Shown one piece after another: positions 50,501-61,596 of a DNA stretch of 64,000 nucleotides; the stretch's first letter is position 1; every line of letters begins with the position of its first letter. The stretch lies in assembly GCA_964234715.1 (NCBI GenBank), contig OZ174276.1, one strand, 5' to 3'. The position numbers were made by a program, and so were the translations under genes. This stretch comes from Podarcis melisellensis (taxonomy: Eukaryota). The notes beneath the pieces were generated by a model. That model saw nothing but the letters and a program-made list of their open reading frames with translations, was not told where the DNA came from and ran no database searches.

Positions 50501-51366
50501 GCTCGGGACTCTCTGATGAAACCTCGCTTCAGGTTTTTGTCAATGAACTCCCTCAGCTCCTGCATCTCCCTGTCTGACATGGCGTACAGCTTGCCCACTG
50601 GGAGTTGGGCCCCAGGGAGTAGGTTGATTTGACAGTCAAAGGGTCTATGCGGTGGCAGTTTGTCTGCTTCCCTTTCGCTGAATACGTTGCTCAGATCTGC
50701 GTATTGCGGGGGCACCTTCCCTTTGTCCATTACTTCCATCCCGGCTAGGGTGACTCTGTCTCCTCCCGAAACCTTCCCCTCCTTGCAGTGTTCTAGGCAA
50801 TGCGCTGACCCAAAGGAGACCACCCTCTGATGCCAGCCCACTAGCGGATCGTGTAGCGCCAGCCAGCTCATCCCCAAAATGATGGGCGCTCCTCCCAGGA
50901 TGGCCACATTAAACGCTATCTGTTCGGTGTGCCTTGCCACCCTCATTATCATCGGGACAGTCTGTTGGCTAACTTCTCCCCCCAACAGCTCTCTGCCGTC
51001 AATCGTAGTCACCTGCAAGGGGTTACTTAAAGGGATGGTCTGTATCTGGTGCTCAGCTGCAAACTCCTTACTCATGAAATTACAGGAGCTGCCTGAATCC
51101 AAAAGCGCCTTGATCTTTAGTGGGTGTCCGTTTGGCAGTTCTAGTAACACCTCTATCACTAAAGCGGGTCTGGGAGGTTCCGGCATGGGCACTTTCACTG
51201 CTCTTTGGCCTGGCTGCTGTGCCCCGACGGTGGCAGCCAGGCGTTGGCTTTTACTTGCTCCTTGCCTTCCTCTTCCTTTCCCCCAACAGCTCCTGCCATC
51301 CCTTGCCATTCCTTTCTTTGTGGGCAGACTCTGGCAAAGTGCCCTGGCTGTTGGCAGAGATAACAT
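47275..51366 (-). CDS. pol: Pol of copy 2 (PR-RT-RH-IN-chromodomain-tail)
   Basis: 1363 open codons with all catalytic motifs intact. Confidence 0.97.
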   Translation of the reverse strand: MLSLPTARALCQSLPTKKGMARDGRSCWGKGRGRQGASKSQRLAATVGAQQPGQRAVKVPMPEPPRPALVIEVLLELPNGHPLKIKALLDSGSSCNFMSKEFAAEHQIQTIPLSNPLQVTTIDGRELLGGEVSQQTVPMIMRVARHTEQIAFNVAILGGAPIILGMSWLALHDPLVGWHQRVVSFGSAHCLEHCKEGKVSGGDRVTLAGMEVMDKGKVPPQYADLSNVFSEREADKLPPHRPFDCQINLLPGAQLPVGKLYAMSDREMQELREFIDKNLKRGFIRESRAVGGSPVFFVDKKNTDKPRLVCDFRALNAVSEPLAFPMPRIDDILTRVRKGKIFTKLDLRGAYNLIRIRKGDEWKTTMFTPLGAFEYLVMPFGLQGGSACFQAFINHVLGPLLYKNCVAFLDDVLVYSEDEEQHVRDVREVLGRLQANQLWVKLEKCQFHTKEVEFLGYRLSDKGLAMDPGKVQAVLEWKTPKTKKDVQRFLGFGNFYRKFIKNFAHLTAPITDCLSSKKKFVWTVEADRAFEELKRAFASEEQLLHVDLRKPMRVETDASDRAVGAVLLQPGRSASEWRPCAFFSRKLNKSERNYTVYDRELLAIHEAFRRWRHLLIGAQHKVQVCTDHKNLEYWRTARVLNQRQVRWAQEFSKFNFEICYVPGPENVRADALSRKPEYWEGEGVIEERHVIPEDRWVCGAALVGQRELVEETENDEYAQDKLRGLRGEGESPGGFEERNGALYYKGALYIPEGELRGRVLKQLHDSPTAGHFGQHKTMWLVTREFWWPKVREDVREYVRGCDQCQRAKGERRAPAGLLEPLPTPERPWEAISIDFMTDLPKSKGKTAIMVVVDLLTKMCHFVACSHAVTAEETAKLFVEHIFRLHGAPLRVISDRGKQFTSRFWRKLMSLLHVEVNFSTARHPETNGQAERANGILQQYLRCYVNDRENDWVEKLALAEFAYNNAENVSTGMSPFLANYGCHPRAFPGEGGERWSVPAAEHFVEEMEAIHHQLQLNLERAKAQYKKQADKNRREGETIRVGDQVWLSTQGLLFKGGCKKLRPRRLGPFEVIQQVNPVAFKLRLPNHMKLHPVFHRSLLSPYRGGREGEYVRGPALEERERRNHVAEILDSRWKGNQVEYLVAWEGEPESENTWVNAEEVNDEVLTETFHQRFPRKPQPIARFRREYFGTTDEEEEMEGFAESELEEGVDSDDEDYRESRNSNKWREVFATSEDEGGSFRGFTSSPPVGEETGGGEGGPGGEVDVRELPSKAPGAQRLTEVERGVAVEEGTSRGRARTPRESESEGWLRDASSENSGEVSGPPIGTPTPRRKLSRREARRRVSVKELLCWKRFRKQPLSDSTSD

Positions 51367-52214
51367 CTCTTGGCGCTCCTTCCCTCCTTCTTCCGCCCTT
51401 CACTGGGATTTGAAACTGCGCGCGCCCGCGCTGTTCCAACTTCCATCGGCTCTGCCGGCGGGAAAGGTGGCTCTGGAATGTCTGGAATGCGGAACTCCCT
51501 CCAACGGTCTCCTTTCCCTTCCCGCTTTTCCAAAGCCCTCGCCTCCTGGCGCGCTCCTATGCACAGCGCAGATTTGGTTAACTGATCCATAGACTCCGCC
51601 CTGGGCCCCCGGGAAAGCTCATCTTTGACGGTTGAAGAAAGCCCCTCTTCGAAAAGCATTTGGATGGGCTCCGCCGATAGGTCCCACCCCAATTTATGAA
51701 TCAGCATAGTAAACTCAGTCCAGTACTCACGGACAGATCTGCTTCCTTGCTGGCAAGCCATTAACTGCCTTCGCACCACCCCCTGCTCAATATCGCTGGA
51801 AAACATCAGGTCCATGGCACGAAAAAACTTCCTCGTGTCCTTTAGGATCTCATTATTCGCTGCCATCAGGGGTCTAACCCAATCCTTCGCCCCGGATTCG
51901 AGATGGCCAATCACAAAAGCCACTCGCGATTCCTCGTCGGGGAAGTCATCAAACTGCAAGTTTAGAGCGTATTGCATCTCTGTTCTAAAGGCATGATAGT
52001 TCCTGGGATCCCCCCCGAATTTCTGCACCAATCCTGGCACCTTTCTGGCGAGCGGGGTGGTTTTCTCCTTTCCCTTTTCTGCATCCTGAGCCCTCCTCTC
52101 CTCAAGCCTCGCCGTTTGCAGCGCCAACTGGATCTCCAACGCCCTGTACCTTTCTTCCAGGCTTGGACCCCCTCCAGCTGCTCCTGCTCCTCCGGTTCCG
52201 GCTGGGTTGCTCAT
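51195..52214 (-). CDS. gag: Gag of copy 2 (339 aa)
   Basis: Near-identical to copy 1 Gag; ATG at 52214; CCHC knuckle intact. Confidence 0.93.
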   Translation of the reverse strand: MSNPAGTGGAGAAGGGPSLEERYRALEIQLALQTARLEERRAQDAEKGKEKTTPLARKVPGLVQKFGGDPRNYHAFRTEMQYALNLQFDDFPDEESRVAFVIGHLESGAKDWVRPLMAANNEILKDTRKFFRAMDLMFSSDIEQGVVRRQLMACQQGSRSVREYWTEFTMLIHKLGWDLSAEPIQMLFEEGLSSTVKDELSRGPRAESMDQLTKSALCIGARQEARALEKREGKGDRWREFRIPDIPEPPFPPAEPMEVGTARARAVSNPSEGRKKEGRSAKRCYLCQQPGHFARVCPQRKEWQGMAGAVGGKEEEGKEQVKANAWLPPSGHSSQAKEQ

Positions 52215-52260
52215 GATGCTTCTCCCTGCACAAGCTGGCTTTCGGTGACTTTCGGATTGC

Positions 52261-52668
52261 TGTGATGGGACGATGAGCTGCTTGTGCGTAAAATGCAAGT
52301 CCCTCAGAGTTTGATCAGGTTTTCAAACCTCTGCCTGTGACGGAGCCCCTCCAGCATGGCTGCGTCAATCACTAGTAGAATCCGAAAGTGGCTGCTTTCG
52401 GAATCGTTTCCAACATAAAAGCTCTTTAACGGAAACACGTCGTCTGGCCTCTCGGCGTGACAGTTTCCGGCGAGGTGTGGGTGTCCCTATAGGAGGTCCT
52501 GAGACCTCCCCACTGTTTTCGCTGGAAGCGTCTCTGAGCCATCCCTCCGACTCACTTTCCCTTGGAGTTCTTGCTCGCCCTCTACTGGTTCCCTCTTCCG
52601 CTGCTAATCCTCTCTCAACCTCAGTGAGCCTTTGCGCCCCCGGCGCTTTAGATGGCAGTTCCCTGACA
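52261..52668 (-). repeat. 5' LTR of copy 2
   Basis: Direct repeat of 47171-47578. Confidence 0.97.
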
Positions 52669-52784
52669 CTACCCATGTATCAAATTTATATCCTGCCCTC
52701 CTTCCCAAAGGAGCCAGGGCAACAAACATATCTGTAATAAAAGCACAATGTGTGTGTGTGTGTGTGTGTGTGCGCACACACTCA

Positions 52785-52819
<35 letters not shown>

Positions 52820-54542
52820 TTTAAAACTGTTTAGAAATCTAAAAAAAATGAAACACAATAAAACATGTCTGAATAGGCCTGCCAAAAGATCTTTTCAGAA
52901 ACCTAAAATAATGTGATGCCTTCAGGAAGTTCCAAAATACAGGTGTTGCCACGCTATAGGGAAGCACAGAATGGACACTGAACAACATTTGTAGAAGTGC
53001 AAGTTCTGCAGATTAAAGTGATCAAGTAGACAAAAATTCTACAGAACCCCCCCCCCCCCGTACAAAATGCATTTTATTGGTTCGAGATCTTATTAAACAG
53101 CTGCCACTACATCTCTCTTTAATATTTTTTTAAGTCTGTTTTGATAAGGATAGCACCTTGATGTGGAAATCACTTAGTATACATTACCCTCCTTAAAGCA
53201 TCACTACCATTAATTTAATAACATTCTAATCTTACTTTAATTTCCCCCCACTGCTCAATTCAGTACTGGAGTCCATAAAAAAAACTTCTAATACTTTCAC
53301 TTGAATTGGAAAGTGCCTCCTCTGTCCACTATCCATTCCATAGTTCTTTCTATCTTCCTTACCGCTAGGACACTGCACATTGTCCCAGCAATCTTGTAGA
53401 TGACAGATTTAGATTGTATTGAAAATCAGATGAACAGATGAAGCTTAGAGGAAATTAAATGAGGTTAAACAGGCAAGAAGTGAACAGATGAGACAGATGA
53501 AATCTCTCACTCCGTTAGCAAATAAATATACAAAAATTGCAAACAGAACATTTAACATAACTAATGCAATTTTGTGGGGTGGAAACCCTTATTTTTTAAG
53601 GCAGAGAAAGAAAGATGGTCGAAAAAAATAATGGCATCTTAAGCGTGGGGACATTCCTAACATTTCAATTTCCTGCATATTTTGTGGCTGTACGTGTAAT
53701 CTTTCTATCACATTTGTTCATAGTAAAAATAATTGCTGAGAAAAGTGTTGGGGAGTAGGGATTTGAACACTATTTATGAAAAAATATATATTTATTTAAA
53801 AAATTACAATGACTTATACATGTTGGCAGGAATGTGCAGTTCATTCTGGGACAGACCATCTTAAGAAGAGGCCATAAAATGGGCCACGTTAGGAATAATA
53901 CAAAGCCAATTGGATTTCTTTATTTTAAATAGATTGTAGAGAACAGGATGACAGAGGTGGAAAACTGCAGCAGCATCCTGAATACAGTTTCAAATTCAAA
54001 ACAATGTAGCTAATCCAGGGACACCTCCATCAAATCAAGAAGAGGGGTATACTATGTGATAAATAATGCCTGAAGGGTTGAGAATGGCAACAGAGATTCT
54101 AGGCTGCCAAATCTGAGTCTTGGAGAGCTGGAAAACTTGCAATTCTGCTTGGACAGAAAGGGACATGAACCCAGACTGGGAAAACAGATAGTGCCTACCT
54201 CAGCTCTTACCCAAATAAATTCTAACCCACAGTGCTATTTTTTCTAGAAAAAGAGGTGCTGGACCTCACAATGAATGCCTCCTTTGTTCTCTTATAATGG
54301 CAATGGTGTCCACCTGAGAGGTGCCAGAACTGAGTTCCAGTGAGTTCTGGTGAAAAAATGTCCTGCTTACCCAAATACTTGCCTCTTAACCAAAGAAATC
54401 CTAATGCCTCACTAAAATTAGCAACATACAACTTGAATGGCTGTAGGAAAGCACTGTCCTCTGTGCCCTTTAGAGATTGCTCCAAAATGCTGCCACTGGA
54501 AAAGGTGGAATTGCATGGTTCTTAAGTGATCTTTGTACATGC

Positions 54543-54640
54543 ATTGATGTTTGGTGTACTGTGGTTTTTAAGAAAGCACTCCTATGAAATAGTTTTGTAA
54601 ACTGTGCTTTCTTAAAAACCACAGTACACCAAACATCAAT
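54543..54640. repeat. Perfect 37-bp inverted repeat with a 24-bp spacer
   Basis: 54543-54579 is the exact reverse complement of 54604-54640. Confidence 0.93.
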
Positions 54641-54701
54641 AAATGCAAGTTTAAAGTAGCAAGCTGAAGTTCCTATTTTTCGTTTTCTTACTTATGCATT
54701 G

Positions 54702-55747
54702 GCCTACCCAAAGATGTGCAATGTCCGCCATGGTAGGCTGGAAACTTGTATGTTGAGCATAGAGAGCCAAATAGATAAAAGAATCCTCTGCTACTGGTTC
54801 AGAGTTCAACAGATGGACAACACTAGGTTACCAAAAAAATGCCTGATTGAGCTCGCAAATGGATTACCCCTTAAAATCTGGGTTTATCATGCAGCCCAAC
54901 TGATGGGCAAATATGACCTCTCAGGGATCTGGGCTGAAAGAACTTTCCCTACATTCTCAGAAAAATATTTTTAAATGGACCATAAGGGCAATGGCTACTA
55001 AAAACGACTTAAACTTCATGTACCTATCTACATTCTCCCCATTGTATTTTAAACTTAGAGAGGCCCATGAACATTCGTTTTACTTCAATGAATTGACTTT
55101 TGTACAACTCCGGAAAACTTTTACAGAGTTACAATTAAATACAATAAACTCTGCCTATAGAGATGGGAGACATAGAGGCATACCAGTAAATGAACGTGTT
55201 TGTATTAGGGGATGCCCTGAATTAGAGGACCTTACGCATTATATCTTACGTTGCCCCTTATATAATGAAGCAAGAGAATGGTTTTTTACACCTATAATGA
55301 CAAGGTCCCCTGGCCAGAATCCTTCTGACATGATTCTTTATCTCCTCGCAGACATTGATAAGCATGTGACCTGGCATGTAGCACTTTTTGCAACTGCCGC
55401 CAGGGAAATTAGAAAAAATTATATACCCAAGACAGCTATCAACTGTAAAGGAGATGATTTTTTTTTTACCCCATCTACACCATGCTGCATCTTTCTCACT
55501 AAACTTTGTACATAATTGTCTCTTGTATTATTTAATACTACTATTTTAGCTTATAAATTTTATTGTCTAATGTTTCAATTTATATATTAAGGAGTTTCTA
55601 CAGTTTTGTGCAGATTAAATCATGTTTTGACAATGTCAATGTTTTAAGTTTTTGTATCAAACTAGTATACATTTTATTGAATGACATTGTATACATTGCA
55701 GCAGCCTTTGGCTATAAGCAATAAACTTGACTGACTGACTGACTGAC
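54702..55747 (+). mobile_element. 5'-truncated non-LTR retrotransposon (RTE-X-like ORF2 C-terminus with Cys/His finger), decayed
   Basis: Broken ORFs with GRHRGIPVNERVC..C...EDLTHYILRCPLYNEAR; AATAAA then a (TGAC)n tail; 13-bp TSD TACTTATGCATTG (54689-54701, 55748-55760). Clade assignment is tentative. Confidence 0.8.
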
Positions 55748-58147
55748 TACTTATGCATTGATAAAACTAACTCCAAGCTCCAAATACAGAAATGGCTGCT
55801 TGGAATATACATGGGGATAGTATATTGAGACACTGGGGAGATAATGATGCAATGAAAGAATCCAAGAAGAAGATCATTTTTAAAGGATAGAGCTTATCAA
55901 AAGAAGCCTACAGCGCTGACTAAATCCTCTATTTTCTGAATTGACTTTGTGAGAGAATGTTCTGTGGCACTGGCTACATGACGTAAGGACTTTCTAAGCT
56001 GTGCTAATGTGGTTCCCAACCTGGAGTGAATGGAAGCTTTAGCTCTTGTTTTTAAAAAATGGTTATGTGTATGCAGTTAATCTCATTCCCACTTTATTAT
56101 TATTTTATTTAAAAAATAAGTAAGGGTACAAAAGCCTCAACACAGAAGTATTCCTATTTTTCCATACACATCATTAAGTGTAATTTTGTAGTTCAATTAT
56201 TTATATTTTAATGCTATCCCATTTTGAAATTGCAGAACAATCTGCTTCCAAGAAATCCACACACCATATAACTGAATAGGAACATTTATAGCTTTTCAGC
56301 TGAGTGCACAGCTCATTGAAATTCTAACAATAAAACCCAAAAGGAAACCAAACGCTCCACTCTTTTGAAACCTGGCCAGTTCCCCCACCTTGCTACTTAA
56401 CTAAAGAAATATGAATGCCTCTCTAAAATTAGAAACATATATACAATTATTTCCCTCTTAACCGAGAGGTTTCATCGTACCCCACTCTATCCACAGTATG
56501 CACCCCCCTCTTTTAGCAACCTTAACTTTCCATCCAACCATCCCTTCTACCCTCTTAACTATTTGACTAGCTAATCCTACCAGGTGGCCATGTTTATAGA
56601 ATTCCATTCCTCATCCAACTTTTTCAATCAAGCTCGAATTTTCCAAAAGATTCCATCCCCCCATCCCCTAAGAAAAAGGCCATGTGCAAAATTTTCTCTG
56701 AGCCATCCCATTATTTTTTGTGGCAGCCACCATTTCCTTCTACATTGCCTCAGAATAACACTACATTCTGTCCAACGTTTTCAAGCCCCAAACCGGGACC
56801 ATGTGTCTTCTGGGACATACTCCCGGGTGAGTCATGTGACCCATACCCCTTGCTCTCACCCCCAAAAGTGGGGGGAGGGAGATCTTGCATGGCTTTGATA
56901 AAAGTGCTTATTTGGTGCAAGAGCACAGCATGAGAGATGACAGCACCCAAAATGGCCACTGTGTGTGGGGGAAATAGGACCTTTTTTTCCTGGGGCGCTT
57001 GGGAGGTATGTCACTTTGGGCAGGATGATATTCATCCCTAGAAGCCCTGCACAAAGGCTCCTGCTTGCAGACTGGAGTTTCCCTCCTCCCTGCTTCAAAG
57101 TTGGCTGGGGGGGGGGGGTTCAGGAAAACTCCCAGACAAACAGCAGGCAGGCAGGGGAAGGGGATCATTTTGTTGGGCTAGCCAAAATGCTTGCCCTGAC
57201 AGAACAATTGCTTGAGTGCAATCTTAAGTTCATCCCTAGGTCTGGGAAACTGCGGAGAATACAAAACAGAGGCCAGCCGTCAACACCACAGCTACTGCAG
57301 AAGCAGCAAAAGAAAAGAAAAAATTGGGGAAGAATAATAAAGCTGTGCTACTGCCACTGCTCATGATGATTCCCAACTGTGAAAAACTGTTGGAGAATTT
57401 CTCTTCCCTATGGAAAAATTCAGTCACATTGTCCTCCAGTCCCTCAGTCGCAAATAAAGTGCAGAATGCCGAGAAGCCTTCTGCTCACAGTTTTACTGTC
57501 AACAAACCCCAAAGTGAGACATCACAGCAAAATGAAAGAAATAAAATAAACCCAAAGACAGGAGCATGAGAGCTGCCAAGTCATGATACAGAGGACAGTG
57601 ACAGGTATAGTCCCTGCATCCACCTGGGGGGCGGAGCCCACAGAAAATGCTGTTTATTTAAGTCTTGGAGCCACAAGTCTTCTGCCACTAAGCACATATA
57701 GTACTAAACCCTCAAGATCATGACAGAATCCAGAATACAAACAAAAGTCACTTACATGCTGAGCAGATAATTCAAGTAAGCAAGCCACACTCAGGCTTTT
57801 AAGGGTCAATAAAGCTGCAGCCCCTGACCTACATCATATTTATTGTTGTAGGGCTACTGCTGTTTTTATGGATTTGTGTTTTACGTTAGAAGTTAATATT
57901 TATCATTGTCTTAAGTTTTGAATGTAAGCTTATATTTTTTAAAAAAAGAATTACAAAGGAGTAGAATTTTAAAAAGAAACATTCAAGGAATTAAGAATCT
58001 AGAAAACACTGACCTATTTTAGAGATACAAAACAGCAATGCAATGCAATTACCCTTCCCAATCCTGTCTCTTATGTGCGCAGGCAGGGTTCATATAGCTA
58101 CTACAACATTATTGAATTTATATACCACCCTACACCCATACAACCAC

Positions 58148-58150
<3 letters not shown>

Positions 58151-58220
<70 letters not shown>

Positions 58221-58232
58221 ACACACACACAC
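58151..58232. repeat. (CT)n then (CA)n microsatellite
   Basis: Read directly from the sequence. Confidence 0.95.
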
Positions 58233-58589
58233 CCCTAGCTTAAAAATACTATTTTCAATAGTGCTTGTGAGCGTACACTGACTCTAAGCCCTCCAGCAGG
58301 CAACACCTTCACTGCCCTTCCACCTGCTGATGCTTTTGCACAAGCTGCCCACTAAGGCTCTTCATCGCCTGCCCTTCCCTACCAGCACTTTTCCCTACCA
58401 GCTGCCTTTCTTTAGCCACCCTAATGCATGGAGATAATATACTTAAGCGTTTCACAAAGCTGTCCACAAAATACCTTGCCAAAGACTCCTAAGTAAGCTT
58501 AGCAGTCATGGAATAAAAGGAGAGGTTATCTTGTGGAGCAGGAACTAGTTAAACAGCAGGAAGCTGAGAGAAGGAATAAAAGGCAAATT

Positions 58590-58915
58590 CTGTGCTAGGG
58601 ATCATTAGGAAAGGAATTGAAAGCAAAACTGCCAATGTCACAATGCTATTATACAAATCTGTGGTGCAACCACATTTGGACTAGTGTGTATGGTTTTGGT
58701 CGCCCCACCTCAGAAAGGATATTGCTGAGTTGGAAAAGGTTCAGAAAATGATCGAGGGGAAGGAGAAACTGCCCTTTGAAGAAAGGCTACATAACTTGGG
58801 GCTTTTTAATTCAGAGAAGAGGCAAGTCAAAGGCAACAGGATAGAAGTGTACAAAATTTTGCATGGCATGGTGAAAGTGAAGAGAAGCATTTCTACCTCT
58901 CTCATAGCACAGGAA
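58590..58915 (+). mobile_element. CR1 LINE ORF2 fragment, decayed
   Basis: LYKSVV.PHL..CV.FW.PHLRKDIAELEKVQK...EERLHNLGLF..EKR...IEVYKI. Confidence 0.8.
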
Positions 58916-61239
58916 CACAACGTGCTTGGTGTTTTTGGTTTTTTTTTTTTCATTTTCTCTTCCTTTGGTCTCAAGTAGGAGGGAGAACAAGTACTCAAAC
59001 CCAAGGGGTAGTGTACTTAACCCCCCTCATCCAGGGGTCCGTTGGGGTAACCAGATCAAAAGCCTCCCTCAATCTACTCCAGTGCACCCTCTTTTCTTCC
59101 CCCTGCTGTGCAGAAATGCTAAATCAGATTTTCCATAGCTCATAGGAGAAGAATGAGTGTTCATACATTTGCAGTGTAATCCCACACGTCTACTCAGAAG
59201 TTAGACTGACTGAGTTCAATGGGGCTGAGACTAAACACAGTATATACAGGATTGCAACCTTATTCTTTCAAGGTATAGGAAGGCCACAACCGGAGTGCTA
59301 TAAGGTTATGCCTATTACAAACCCTGAGAACATAAATTGTTTTGCAAACAACAGTTTCTAATGGCTAGTGCCACAATCAGGCAATTCTAGCATCTATTCT
59401 GTTTTAATGTGTGTTTTTTTAAAAAGTGGATGTAGTTCTTTTCCTTCTGGTTTGATTTTTTGACATCTCCCTCTGGCCCTGTAGCATATTTCCCATCTGT
59501 TCATACAGATGGCACATTCCAGCAAAGTCAAAGAAACTGGTGTCCCAACATTCCAATATATTATGCTATACTTGTATGGGCATGTTGCAAAATACTGGGG
59601 AAAGGAAGCCATTTCAACTTTCTCAGGAAAATTAAAGAAAAAATACAAATACAGAAAATTGATACTGTAGCTATATGGCTAATTACCCATCCGACCCGTT
59701 TGCTCCCAGTGGCCTTTTGTAACTAACATTAGAACAACAAGACTATCTTGCAAAGGGGCTTCAATTGGTTAGCCTCAAAGCAAAGCCTTTTGTGACTTTC
59801 ATCCATATTGGGAGTCTTTGGACTGCCTCTAAGCTTCAGTTAGACTCCCTGCCAAGGAGAAATCTGCAATAAGACTTCTCCAGGTTTTGTCTCTTTGTAG
59901 ACAGAGCTGGTATAGTTGGGCAGATGATTAAAAACTCAAGCTGATCTTCCCATTCCACGCTTGGCATAATCATAAATATATAATGTGGTCTTTGAGCTTT
60001 TCAAATAGAAGGACATTGGTAGCAGAAGCTTACACAAGGACTTCTGCTAGCACAAATGGTTCCCCTCCTCACCCCCCATTGCAATTGACTTGTGGGTGTT
60101 GTGAGAAGCCCCATAACAGCACAAGGGACAGCAGAGGAGGGGGGTAGAGGTGGGATTGTTGTACCCAGCAAGCTGAAAAGCTTCTGCTTTGCAGAATAAT
60201 TGCTATAGCAATTTCCTCCCAGTTTAATTCCTCCCGGTATAAATACTAAGAGCAGAATTTTAAGCTTGCTTTCTTCGCTGTCAGACCTGCTGCGTTTAAT
60301 GGGACTTGGAATGCTTCAAGACAGGTGTTTCTTGTGGGATGGGTGCTCCTCACGCATGACTTTTTTCTTTTTCTTTTTTTGCGGTATCCATACAACATTG
60401 TTGGTACAAGAATGCCAGCCCATATTCCACCCCCACACTTACACTTTATAAGAAATAAATTAAGTAAGTTTAAAAAGAGAGGAAGTCCTGTGGCCAACAA
60501 GACATTTGCATTATTAAGCCCCCATATGGAAGTACCCTAATTCTCAAGCAACTGTGTTTGCAATTGGAGCCTAAGTGTTATGATTTTCTCCCAAATATGG
60601 AATCCTACCAGGATGCAATCTGGTTTTGAAGTTAAGTTTCAGGAGACACTAATTGTCCAATAAAGTAGCAATCAGTTCTCTAATGTTCTTGCATAAAGTT
60701 AGTCATCCCTCCTCCTTGATCACACATATTTGCCTCCTGCTGCCTTTGAAAAGGTGGGTTAGAAAATAGATTCCTGGTTTTCTTCTTCTTCAAACTCTAT
60801 AAGACAAACCATATAATGCCCACAGAAGCTTAGTTTCCAAAAAACTTCATGGGTGTCAAATGTTGAATCATCATTAATAACATGCCATAACACCATGGAA
60901 GAAAGAGTAAGCTTGCTCTTCTGAAACAGTTCACATCACACAGAAGTGGGCATCTTTCTTTCTTTTCTCCAAGGGGACAAGTTTTTGTATTTAGGCAGTA
61001 AAGTTTGAGAGTTTTAAATTAGCGCATTTTATGACAGAACTAAGCATTCTGCAGCAAACAACAGTCTGGGAATCCAGGCTGTTGTTTCTCTGCAGTAAAG
61101 GATTTTTAGGGAACAAGCAGCATCTGGGTGGAAATGCTGAGCTGTTTCCCATCTTTTGTATGACCCCTCAATGCCACATTGTTCCCAGTCAGAGTTCTGA
61201 AATAGAAAATAGCAGGTGAGGGGAGGGTTACCTTTCCTG

Positions 61240-61596
61240 CCCTCACCAGGGCCTTTTCAACTCTGGCCTGGTGGAACGCTCTGCCTCATGAGACCAGGGC
61301 CCTGCAGGATCTGATTTCTTTCCGCAGGGCCTGTAAGACAGAGTTGTTCCGCCTGGCCTTTGGCTTGGAGCCAATTTGATTCCTTCCCTCTCTTTCTTTT
61401 TTCTTTTCCTTCTCCTGCGATGAGACTACATTTTAATATTTTAATGTTTCAATATTTTAATGTTGTATTTTAATTTTGTTTTTAAGTTGTAATCATTCAA
61501 CTTGTTTTTATTATTGCTTGTAAGCCGCTCTGAGCCCAGCCTTGGCTGGGGAGGGCGGGGTATAAATAAAAATTATTATTATTATTATTATTATTA
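61240..61596 (+). mobile_element. L2 LINE 3' end
   Basis: Encodes the L2-type C-terminus WNALPHETRALQDLISFRRACKTELF, followed by a GTAAGCCGC...GGGTATAAAT(TTA)n tail. Boundaries approximate. Confidence 0.8.

Larger units (their letters stand above)
47171..52668 (-). mobile_element. Full-length Ty3/Gypsy chromoviral LTR retrotransposon, copy 2, 5,498 bp (same family)
   Basis: 408-bp LTRs at 47171-47578 and 52261-52668 with 2 differences. TSD CTACC (47166-47170, 52669-52673). Intact gag and pol; about 27 aa differences from copy 1 Pol (hand count). Confidence 0.98.
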
